Shown here: positions 27,865 through 39,382 of the stretch, piece by piece
How positions within the stretch are numbered: the first letter of the stretch is position 1
Layout: each line of letters begins with the position of its first letter
Program-made: the position numbers and the translations under genes
NCBI RefSeq assembly: GCF_001194135.2
Contig: NC_068982.1
Coordinates: forward strand, 48,353,632-48,417,631
Direction: 5' to 3'
Source: Octopus bimaculoides
Lineage: Eukaryota
Length of the DNA stretch: 64,000 bases
Notes under the pieces: model-generated
Told to the model about the DNA's origin: nothing
Databases searched by the model: none
The model's input: the letters and a program-made list of their open reading frames with translations, nothing else

Positions 27865-29515
27865 CATACNNNNNNNNNNNNNNNNNNNNNNNNNNNNNNN
27901 NNNNNNNNNNNNNNNNNNNNNNNNNNNNNNNNNNNNNNNNNNNNNNNNNNNNNNNTATATATATATTATTAAGGTGGTGAGGTGACTCAATCATTAGCAC
28001 GCCATCAATGTGATGGTGAGGTAAAAAGATTATTTTTATTATTATAATATTTATAATAATAATAATAATAATAATAATAATGGTTTCAAATTTTGGCACT
28101 GGACCAGCAGTTTTGAGGGTAGGGGAAGTTGATTATATCAACCTCAGTGCTCAACTGGTACTTATTTTATCAACCCTGAAAGAATGAAAGGTAAAGTTGA
28201 CCTTGGTGGAATTTGAACTCGGAATGCGAAGACAGATGAAATGTTGTGAAGCATTTTGCCCAACATGCTAATGATTCTACCAGCTCACTGTCTTTTAATA
28301 ATAATCATAATCCTTTCTATTATAGGCACAAGGCCTGAAATTTGTGGGAGGGGACTAGTTGATTACATCGACCACAGTGTTTCACTGGTACTTAATTTAT
28401 CGACCTTGAAAGGATGAAAGGCAAAGTCAACCTCAGCGGAATTTGAACCCAGAAAGTGAAGACGGGTGAAATGCTGTTAAGCATTGATGTTGTGCACTGT
28501 TCTCTCACTCAATGATAACAATAATAATAGTAATAATAATAATAATAATATGACATGCGGTTCAGATTTTATATCCTTGGTTAGAAAGAAGCTTGTTTTT
28601 CACATAACAATTTAGCTTACTATCACATTCTTTCCTTTCTTTCTTCCATTGCTCATCTTTACTTTCTTTCTTCCATTGCTCATCTTTACTTTACTCCTTC
28701 TAGTATTACACACAGCAATATTCTAAATTTACTTCCTTCACATTGCTCCCTCTTAAAGAAACTGATTATATGTCTCATTGTTGTAATGCATATACACACA
28801 CACGCATATCGACACACATTTACATACAGGCCAAGCAGTATCGCATTTCTAAGTGGCAGTATTCAGCCCTTTATTTTTTTACTAGTTTTCTTCCTTAAAC
28901 GCTGCGCCTTTCCTTAATCCTGGCTCACTCATTTGAACTCAGTATTATTAATCTGCAATTTGAACTAAATTGTACTCTTTCTTACTTCCAAATAACCCCC
29001 TCACATCCAGTAAGAACCCTTGTAGACATGAGTTTTGACTTTCATCTTTCCATTATAACCTCAAATATACCAAACAAAAAAAAGGTGCCCCCAAAAGCCA
29101 ACAAAAATAAGACTATTCCATGAAGGTAAAGAACAACAGCTAAATAGCTATATGTACACACACACATATATGTATATATAAAATCAAAACAACAATAACA
29201 AGGAAACAAACAAAAATGCTTCTAGCATACATGAATTATGTATTTATTCTAATCAATGCCAAAATCAATAAAGCTAAGAGAAGACGATAGAATACAAAAT
29301 GAGTAAGATGATAAGAATAATATTGTTAGGGATTGAAAACAGAGATGATATCAATAAATATACACACACACACACATAATATAGAAGGAGAATGAATGAA
29401 TAACAAAAACCCAAACAAAATAATCAAAATGAAAAATAATAATAAAAAAACACATGGTGAATGTGATAAACAAGGGAAGAAGATAAAATCTTGAAATAAT
29501 GATCAAACAACATAC

Positions 29516-29671
29516 GTGGTCAGCGGGCTCCATCCCTGCATTATAGAGGCCGCTGCTTGGACGTGACTGGGCCATTGTTCCAAGTGCAATTGAATCTAAG
29601 CTGCCCATTGACATTTTACGTGAAGGCATGTACATGTGCAGCTTCTGACAACGCCTGCGATGCACAATTAT
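29516..29671 (-). CDS. Receptor PTP juxtamembrane exon (156 nt, phase 0-0)
   Basis: catttcag|ATAATT...GACCAC|gtatgt; IIVHRRRCQKLHMYMPSRKMSMGSLDSIALGTMAQSRPSSGLYNAGMEPADH. The basic HRRR stop-transfer cluster directly follows the TM helix after splicing. Confidence 0.8.
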
Positions 29672-30121
29672 CTGAAATGATAGAAATTTTCTGTGAATGA
29701 GTATGGATACATGAATGTTTCTTCTGAACATATGTGTGCATGTGTGTATGTGTGTGTTTGTACATGAATGTATTACATACATACATATATATGTATACAC
29801 ATACATACGGCAAGCTTCTCAGTTTCCATCTACCAGTCCTACTCATAAGACATCAGTTAGTTTGAGACCAAATGGTAGATACCTGGGGCCATGTCTATTG
29901 CCATGTGATTGCAAAGCAAATTTTGTAACAACACATAGCCATGCTTGGTCCTTCACACACACACACACACACACATTTATATACATATAAATAACACACA
30001 CACACATATTGATAGATATGCATACATACATACATACATGCACATATACATATGTGTATATGTTTATAATTATGTAGATATTCACACACACACACATGGT
30101 CCTATATATATATATATATAT

Positions 30122-30374
30122 ATAAAGTTGGTGCATAATTATTGCGGCTTTTTTCAACAAATTTTATTCAACAAAACCAATAACAACATGTAACAAAAAC
30201 ATCTTTAAATGATTATTCAGGAGCATATTCACCATCTACTTCAATTACTGTCTCCCATTTGCTTGCCAGATGGTCAGCCCGTCATTTAAAGATGTTTTTG
30301 ATAAATATTGTTATTGTTTTTGTTGAATAAAATTTGTTGAAAAAAAGCTGCAATAATTATGCACCAACCCAATA
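30122..30374 (-). mobile_element. Internally deleted mariner element (MITE)
   Basis: ~60-bp TIRs beginning GTTGGTGCATAATTATTGC; internal minus-strand DHLASKWETVIEVDG resembles a mariner transposase C-terminus. Confidence 0.8.
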
Positions 30375-30404
30375 TATATATACACAAAATTGATAGATAT
30401 ATAT

Positions 30405-30790
30405 AAAAGAATTATATATAACAAGGGCGCTTTTTTAAAAAGACACCAGCCTTGCTAAAAATAAGGGTCAAAAACACTCCAAAGCCACAAAAGTTAACAC
30501 TATATTTTCACAGACATGTTTGGAAAAAAATTAAGTGTAATAAGGATTGCATCTACTAGTAGACTTGAGTGAGGAGAATCAAATGTGTTTTTTGGCACTA
30601 AATTCATAATAATAATTTCAAGTTAATCTTGCAAAAGTAAGACGCAATCCTTATTTCACTTAAATTTTTTCCAAATATGCCTGTGAAAATATAGTGTTAA
30701 CTTTTGTGGGTGAGTGTTTTGACTCTTAATTTAGGAAAGCTGGTGTCTTTTAAAAAAAGTGTCCTTCTTATATTTAATTCCTTTATATAT
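30405..30790. repeat. Foldback/MITE-like inverted repeat with ~165-bp arms
   Basis: 30405-30570 is the reverse complement of ~30620-30790 (e.g. AAAAGTTAACACTATATTTTCACAG versus CTGTGAAAATATAGTGTTAACTTTT). Confidence 0.85.
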
Positions 30791-30828
30791 GTCTGTTAAT
30801 TTTGCCCATATGGTTTTAGCTTGCGGCC

Positions 30829-30890
30829 GGAGTTGCATGAAACAATTGTATTGCATTACCTCTGGATATCCTTGTTGCTTGTTTTGATTT
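30829..30890 (+). repeat. 5'-truncated copy of the same hammerhead-bearing repeat
   Basis: GGAGTTGCATGAAACAATTGTATTGCATTACCTCTGGATATCCTTGTTGCTT matches 34343-34395; retains GAAAC-AATT-GTA. Confidence 0.7.
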
Positions 30891-31008
30891 TAATCACCTT
30901 ACTTTGAAATTGCATGGATAATACTGTATTAGTTTCTGGTGCCTCAACTTAAGTACCATATTCATCTGAATCTAAATTTTTGCTGAACTAATCTACCATA
31001 CCCAAAGC

Positions 31009-31063
<55 letters not shown>

Positions 31064-31160
31064 CTATCTGTATCAATTTGTTGCAACTACTTTTATACAA
31101 ACATGATACAATTAATGTTTCAATATTAATAAGAACAAAGTGAGAAAAAGAATTACATAC

Positions 31161-31283
31161 TTGCAATACAAGAAGAACAAGACATAACAGTCCTCCTATG
31201 GTGGTCAGTACAATTGCTATAGTAACAACTGTCTCCATGTTGGGGGCATCTGCATTCAATTGCTTCAATTTGACACTCTTTAT
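31161..31283 (-). CDS. Receptor PTP transmembrane exon (123 nt, phase 0-0)
   Basis: ttttttttacag|ATAAAG...TTGCAA|gtatgt; encodes IKSVKLKQLNADAPNMETVVTIAIVLTTIGGLLCLVLLVLQ with one hydrophobic helix. Confidence 0.85.
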
Positions 31284-33129
31284 CTGTAAAAAAAAGATAT
31301 TTTTAAGTAATGAAAGCATTTTAAAAAATGTAGCCAAAGACATTTCCAAAATGTAAATTCAAATTTCTAATCCCACCTCATATTATGAAGAAATGATTAT
31401 CTTCTTTGTAATTGCTCTAGAGAAACAACATGTGTAAAATATTTAGTTTTGCCAAAATTAATAATTCAAATAATAGTTTAAATAAGAAAAATTCTGATAT
31501 TGTATAGGAAGGCCACATTTGAAAATGTGCATATATGCAAGTGGTAAAATTCTTGTATAATTAGTTATATTTTTGAATGTACATAATATAATATATTTTG
31601 TATAGTATATGTTGTATGAAATTTTATATCAATTTAGAAAGTTTTATATGCTGGCAATCTGATTTTCTTGTTTGAATCTGTCAAAGACCTTCAGAAATAA
31701 ATTCCAAATTTGAAACAATGTTCTACTGCCCAAAGATTGTATCATATAATGTGTTGATAGTTTTGAGTTAGAGAGAAAAAATGTGTTCATAGAGAGTGAG
31801 GTGATAGCACCAATGTTGACAACAAAAGGTTTCTCTTTTTGTACAAAAGGCAAACTACATGAAAGTACGAAGTATGGATAAAGGTTATGATGTTAAACTG
31901 TTGTAAGACAGATATAATGGATGCAGATTATCCATGTAGGCTGGTGGGAATGGAATGAGACTGAGCAGAATAAGCCATGAGAGGGGTTAAAAACTGAAGG
32001 CATCAGTTAATGTCTGCAAGAGAGACAGATATATCATGAATTGATGATAAGGGATGTGGAGGGTGTAAAATTGCTGCAAAGAAAAGGTAACCATAGTAGA
32101 AGAAGATTCTATAAAGATATATGATATATAAAGATATTTAAATCAAGAAATACTGTGACCCATCAACATCATCATTACCAGCATTGTCACCATCAATTAA
32201 TGTGTGTCCCCAATACTGGCATGGGTGGATAGTGTGTGCCTTACAAATGAGATGACAAAGAGTTGAGAAAACATGTTATGATGATGATGATGAAGATGAT
32301 GGTAATGATGATGATTATCATCATCATCATCACCATCCTTTCATGTCCGTTTTCCATGCAGGCATGGGTTGGACTGTTTGACCAGAGCTGGCAAACTAGA
32401 GAGTGGCACCAGGTTCCAGTCTGATTTTGCTAGGTTTCTATGGCTAAGATACCCTTTCCAATGCCACCCACTTTAAAGAGTGTTCTGGGTGCCTTTTATG
32501 TGGCACCAACACAGGAGCTATTACATGGCACCATCTTGAATGCATTTTACATGGCGCCAGCATAGGTGCTTTTTACATGGGTTCTTGCAGGTTAATCCTC
32601 TTCAGCAGGGGGAATAGCATTAACACTTCTGCTGTGGCGGACAAGTCTTTTTGAGTGCAGCAAGTCACCAGATATCCCACTCCTTTGTCATCTCTTCCAT
32701 AAGGTTCAGTGTCCTAGGATCACCCTTCAGATTATGTCATAACCCATGCAGGACAGAAATCAATAATATAGATGGTGATAATGATGATTGTTGACCTTAT
32801 CTATTTCAACTTTAAATAACATTTATTGAGCATTCTTTTCAAATGATTGTTCCATCTTTCACTTAATAAAATATGCAGCAACAATGTTTGGTCTGAGGTG
32901 ATATGTATTTGATTGAATGCCAGCCACCAGAGATAATTTCATATTTATTGTGTTTGAATATTGACAAGGGCTTTTTGATACAATAGAAAATACTATAACC
33001 TTCTGTTTAGTTCTAATCAATTGTTTGTTCAGTATTACAAACTTATATGTAAAGTGGAGTGAACAGAAATGGTACAGCATTAGACTAGCACCAGACTTAA
33101 TAGTTTATATCATTTAATCTTATTTCCAT

Positions 33130-33270
33130 GTAATATCATTACCAGTTTGAATATGCCAGTGGCAAGTTGAAACTCGTAAGCAAGCCATTCACTGTGTTTT
33201 GCCATGGAGAAAATTTCTCACTGTGGACTTGAACTTGCCACAAGTATATTTGAACTGATAATGACATTGC
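33130..33270. repeat. Small MITE-like inverted repeat
   Basis: Arms of ~45 bp (GTAATATCATTACCAGTTTGAATATGCCAGTGGCAAGTT versus AACTTGCCACAAGTATATTTGAACTGATAATGACATTGC). Confidence 0.6.
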
Positions 33271-33487
33271 ATTTATACACATCTCCACTTAGTGCTCCCA
33301 CCTTGTAACTTATTTTTATAGCCAGAGTTCAATTCCTATCTCAATCAATTTTAGATCAATTTTACTTTACATCCCTCTAGAGCTGATAAAATATACAAAT
33401 ATAAAAACATATGGATTAACTGTGCCTCATCTTCATCTGTTTTGCATGAAAGATTTTTCTGCTGCAGGTGAGGAGAAACCAGAGCCA

Positions 33488-33692
33488 TTAACCATTTAGT
33501 ATTCAAACAGGCCATGTCAGGCCCAAACATTTTACTCATTTTGTCATATCTACCTTGCAGGTAGATGTAATAGGCCTGAATCTATGCATCATCAAAATGT
33601 TGAAGCTACAAGATAGCATATAATTAATTCAAAACAATGTGAATAAATAAGCATTACAGTTGACAGAGTAATATGAATGCTAAAGGGGTTAA
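33488..33692. mobile_element. piggyBac-type MITE (TTAA-flanked)
   Basis: TTAACCATTTAGTATTCA...TGAATGCTAAAGGGGTTAA; the internal sequence is shared with 42576-42806. Confidence 0.65.
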
Positions 33693-34284
33693 AGAAATCT
33701 TTTCTTCATCTCTTGACTTGCTAGTAATAACAAGTGAATTTCCCTTGCATCATATCTTACTCCTTTTGTTATAATATTCTTCTTAATAATCTTCTGAATA
33801 ACCCTAAATTTTAACTTTATACAATATGGCAATATTGTTTAAAATATTTAACTATAGTACCCCATGATAAAATTTCCCCATTTCATTATCAATGGTCCAC
33901 TAGTGGCCTGCCCCTTTAATTGTCAGCTAACATCTTGATTTACAAAATCTCATGATATTGCTTCTAATAAATCTTGATAGTTTTTTTATGATTATATCCA
34001 CTATGATTTCTGCCGACTCCCTCAGCCCACTTCCTAATAGGCACTGCTCTTTGTTCTTTTGGCCTTAGATATACAAAGATTTGATAAACTACTCTATAAA
34101 TTAAAACTGACCCCATAAAACAGTGACAAGTAAAATCTGTTACAATTCTTTCTACTTTAGTAACTTCTAAGCTGAAGTGAAGACAGCATGTTCTTTATCT
34201 ATCTCCTTGCCTTTTGGGAGATTTTAGGTAAAATTATACTAATGTGTCCATCTGTTTTAATTTAATTAAATTTTATGACTTTAT

Positions 34285-34368
34285 GCTGCTGAGGATTGCT
34301 CTGCATTTAATTTAATGTAATGATTGCATTATTCAATTAAATGGAGTTGCTTGAGACGATCGTACTGC
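34285..34368 (+). ncRNA. Type I hammerhead ribozyme-like motif (degenerate), Penelope-like repeat
   Basis: GCTG-CTGAGGA-[long stem II]-GAGAC-GATC-GTA-CTGC; palindromic stem III ACGATCGT; GAAA core mutated to GAGA. Confidence 0.55.
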
Positions 34369-34515
34369 ATTACCTCTGGATATCCTTGTTGCTTATTTAT
34401 ATATATATATATATATATATTAGAATGATCTGCATAAAAAGGTCATCAAGAAGAGTACTCCCTCTAATGAGTGCCTGATATTAATGTATGCGTTTCACTC
34501 CATATGTATTACACA

Positions 34516-34734
34516 CACTACTAATAGTTTTATGTACATGACAAATGTGTTCATCAGGCACTGATTATTCGATGAAACCAAGAAGTTTAAATATAAAGAA
34601 CCAGGGGAGAGGCAATGCTGAAGCAAACCATATTTAATGGAAGATTCCACTACAGGTGAGCTACTTAAACTTCTTGGTTTCATAGAATAACCAGCGCCTG
34701 ATGAATGTTCTTGTATGTAAAACTATTAGCAGTG
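34516..34734. repeat. Hairpin element with ~70-bp inverted arms, each carrying CCTGATGAA in opposite orientation
   Basis: 34516-34590 pairs with 34665-34734. Confidence 0.75.
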
Positions 34735-34770
34735 CGTTTAATAAATGTGGGGTAAAGTGCATACATTAAC

Positions 34771-34802
<32 letters not shown>

Positions 34803-36882
34803 ATATATATGAGGGAGAAATGTATGTATGAGTCACTGCCTCCCACCTAATATAATAAACCCCTCACTTTATGTTTAGAAATTAAGATGTGCCTGTTCTG
34901 TCACGTTCTTATTTTTTACACTTTTGGATAGATATAACATTTCAAAATGACAAACAAGTGTAGTAATGCAGAAGAGATACATGACTACTCCAGTTGGAAA
35001 AGAGAGAGAGAGAGAGCAGAAGAGAAGTCTATTTTAATATTTGTAAATTGCTTGCTTTTCAGTGAATTAGAGCAATTGGCATATTAACTAGTTTGTAAAG
35101 AGTTAAGCTTTTTCTGCAAAGTAAACAGATTGGAGTTTAGTCTACAGCTGTAATTTTAATTTACATATTTGATTGATGCCGTTTGGAACTATCAAATCTA
35201 AATCTTCAGCATTCGATGATTTTAGGCTTGGCTCTTAGTAGAGTTTAATAACTTGTGTCAGTATATGAGCAGACATTATACATATATGACAATCCATGTC
35301 GATAATGATGGCCTAACTCCAAATAGTATAATCATGTTTCATATAGATACATTTTCAACGAGGTCAAACAGTCATCATCATCTTTGCATTTTAATATAAA
35401 GCACTTGGGCACACATGTGTGTGTGTGTGTGCATGCACACACACACACATCTTTTGCTTTACTTGTTTCAGTCATTTGACTGTAGCCATGCTGGAGCACT
35501 GCCTTGAAGGATTTTAACTGAACAAATCGATCCTAGGACTTACTTCATATATATATATATTTCTCAAAGCCTACTACTTATTCTATCAGTCACTTTTGCT
35601 GAACCACAAAGTTATGGGGATGTAAACACACCAACACCAGTTATCAAATGGTGACCATGGGGGTGACAAACACAGACACAAAACACACACAAATATATAC
35701 ATACATATATATATGATAGGCTTCTTTCAGTTTCCTCCTACTAAATCCACTCACAAGGCCCTGATCGGCTTGAGGCTATAGTAGAAGACACTTGCCCAAG
35801 TTTCTATGCAGTGGGACTGTACCCAGAACCATGTGGTTGGGAAGCAAACTTCTTACCACACAGCCACGCCTGGGCTGATATATATTCTTCCCAAAAGATA
35901 TGCACACATAAACAGAGATGTAAGCATTACTTTCACACACGCATATGCACATTCACATGGTACTTTTCGTTAGTGTCAGATGCAACATGAAGCAAAAACT
36001 GTAAAGCCAAGAATTTTTAAATTTTTTTCTTCTTCTTTTCTTTATCTTTCTTTTATTTATTTATTATTTATTTGATATGCTGGTGAAATTTTAGAAGATG
36101 AAAGTTTCACACCAGGTCAATATCTTTAACTACAAAGTTCACACTCTGAGGGAGATAAATAAAATCTAAAAAAAAAAACATCAATCAATAAATGTATAAT
36201 ATAAAATAAAAATAAAAAATCTACCCCACATTCTCTTCCTTTGGCGAAACATGTTCTTTAGAAAGACATGTTCCACTGCATGCTTCAGTAAAACAAGATT
36301 TAAAAACAAATATGCACAATGTTAATTTCATGGTTCGAAGAATTCTCGTATAAACTTGAATAAACATTTTCACCAAGCAATCCAGTATCTGAATTTGTAC
36401 AACTATCTAACCAATTTTGGCACTAAAAATGAATATAAAAATGTTAAATAAATAAATAAATGTTAAATGAACTTGAAAATGCTAATAAGTTTATAATTTT
36501 TTTCAACTATTACCCTCATGAGCAGAGATGAGTATTTTTTTTTTCTTCTTTTCTTCACTATTTACATCATCTATGTGGTTTCGATTGGTTTGATAGCTGT
36601 TCATTATTTAGCGCAGTTGTTTTCATCATCATCATCATCGTCATTACTTAATGCTCATTTTTTCCATGCTTATATGGGCTGGACAAAGTTTACTTGTGGT
36701 AGATTTTTTGGCAGCCAGATGCTCTTCCTGTCATCAACTCTCACCTGTTTTCAAGCAAGGCAATATTTCCCCACATGGCCAGACATGTTCTCACAGAATA
36801 TTGGAAATGAACGACACTGCTTCTGCGACAGTGACATTGATTCACAATTATCATGTGATGTCAAGACAAGGAAACACACACA

Positions 36883-36937
<55 letters not shown>

Positions 36938-39323
36938 NNNNNNNNNNNNNNNNNNNNNNNNNNNNNNNNNNNNNNNNNNNNNNNNNNNNNNNNNNNNNNN
37001 NNNNNNNNNNNNNNNNNNNNNNNNNNNNNNNNNNNNNNNNNNNNNNNNNNNNNNNNNNNNNNNNNNNNNNNNNNNNNNNNNNNNNNNNNNNNNNNNNNNN
37101 NNNNNNNNNNNNNNNNNNNNNNNNNNNNNNNNNNNNNNNNNNNNNNNNNNNNNNNNNNNNNNNNNNNNNNNNNNNNNNNNNNNNNNNNNNNNNNNNNNNN
37201 NNNNNNNNNNNNNNNNNNNNNNNNNNNNNNNNNNNNNNNNNNNNNNNNNNNNNNNNNNNNNNNNNNNNNNNNNNNNNNNNNNNNNNNNNNNNNNNNNNNN
37301 NNNNNNNNNNNNNNNNNNNNNNNNNNNNNNNNNNNNNNNNNNNNNNNNNNNNNNNNNNNNNNNNNNNATATATATATATATATATATATATATATACGAC
37401 GGGCTTCTTTCAGTTTCTATCTACTATATCCACTCACAAAACTGCTGTCAACCCAAGCCTGTAGTAGAAGACACTTGCCCAAGGGGCCATGCAGTGGGAC
37501 TGAATCCAGAGCCATGTGGTTGGGAAGCAAGCGTCTTACTACATAACCACATCTGCACCTCCATACAGTCATGCTTATGTCTACACACAGCCCTGCCTGT
37601 ACCTCCACACAACCATGCCTACATATATTCTTTTTCTTTTCTTCTCTAGGCACAAGGCCTGAAATTTTTGGGGAGAGGTCCAATCGATTAGATTGACCTC
37701 AGTACATGACTGGTACTTAATTTATCAACTCCAAAAGGATGAAAAGCAAAGTCAACCACAGTGGAATTTGAACTCAGAACGTAAAGACTAACTACTGCTA
37801 AGCATTTCGCCCAGCATGCTAACATTTCTGCCAGCTTACTGCCCTACACACATACATATATTCTGGAAGCAGGCATATTGGAGTGATAAAGAAGTTTGCT
37901 TTACAATAATGAGGTCCTATCTGCATCTCACTGTAAGTACCTTTTACCTGAGTCTCAGATCATGAGTAAATTTGGGTAGAAACTGGATGAATACCTGTTA
38001 GGCTGTACCCATAATTTAGAGATCCAATGTATTAATTTAATGAATAGGCTATGCAATTAATTTGATGACTGTTGAATTCTCATCACTGAAACTTTGGAGA
38101 AACTCTCTTCATCATTATACATGTATTATATAAATATCTAATTGCTTGTATTAAATATTATGCTATTTTTATATTGTGGAATGCCTTTGTTAATATTGTC
38201 TGTTAAAATCCTAGTTGAGATGGAGGTAAACAACAATTTACAGTTTGTTTATTTGATTGAATAATAGAGTATATGAGATATGTGTAAGACAAGTGAATGC
38301 CAGGCAATGAATTCAGTAGATTTAATTGTAAAGAAAAATTATCTATTGTTTGGGTAATATTAATATAGAGACACACAAGTTGATTGTACGAGGGTAGGTT
38401 GAAAACTCTTAGGCTGACTATAGAGTAATGCTAGAGCTGTGAAATCTTGCACACAATAATTTTAACTCTTCTTATTAATAATTACATGCACTTCATTACT
38501 TGTAGTTTTTAAGTGATGCTACCCAACTAGAAGGTGGGTAGGTTAATATTCTCTCAGAATGGAATGCCAGGCTGTCACAGGGCTACCCATTTACAGCTGG
38601 AGCAATGAGAAATTAAGTGTTTTGCACCCCTGGTCAGGGAACTGAAACCACAATCTTGCTCCATAAAAAAATGCTAATTTCTCAAAATAAATGGAACATA
38701 TGGAAGTGGAAGACCCTGGGAGACATGAGATAAAGTACTGAAAAAGAACTTCAGGACACTGAACCTTTCAGGTGAGATGACAAATGACAGAGATGCTTGA
38801 TGCCTCACTTTACTCAGGAAGACCCGTACTCTGCAGAAAAAGCATTAAGATGGGCCCCTCTGGTGGTGTATAGCACTCATGGTGGTTCCACGTAAAGTGC
38901 CCGTGCAGTGCTATGTAAAAGTGCCCATGTAATGCCATGTAAAAGCACCCACTTGGTGTCACATAAAAACACCCATGCAGTGCCACGTAAAAGTGCCTGT
39001 GATACCACATAGAAGAGCCCAGCACACTCTGTAAAGCGGTTGGTGTTTGGAAGGGAATCCAGCCATAGAAACCATGCCAAACCAGACTGGAGTCTGGTAC
39101 AGCTCCCCAGTTTGCCAGCTAATCAAACCATCCAACCGATGTGACTGTAAGTGCAACACCCTAACCACTAGACTATGCACCTTCATCAACAAATATATTC
39201 CTAAAATATTCCTAAAAGGAACATCAATGTGTTTGCTCTACTTGTTATTAATAGCAATTAACTCTCCCTCAAATCACATCCTAATTAATCCCTCAAAATC
39301 CTGTAGAGTCATGGGGGTACTAC

Positions 39324-39382
39324 CATGTCTTAAGCATCTTGTAGCATGTCTTAAGCATCTTGTAGCATGTCTTAAGCATCTT
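39324..39382. repeat. 21-bp tandem repeat, about 3 copies (CATGTCTTAAGCATCTTGTAG)
   Basis: Seen directly; gives the repeated CLKHLVA in ORF 39047-39460. Confidence 0.9.

Noticed and set aside
36518-37649. Long ORFs of 330-340 aa; likewise ORFs at 17.0-17.6, 19.7-20.1, 46.9-47.7, 48.8-49.2 and 52.8-53.5 kb
   Set aside because: They run through N gaps and microsatellites and are not real coding sequence.
38870-39020. CRISPR-like regularly spaced repeats
   Set aside because: Degenerate internal SINE repeats without unique spacers or cas genes, in an animal intron.
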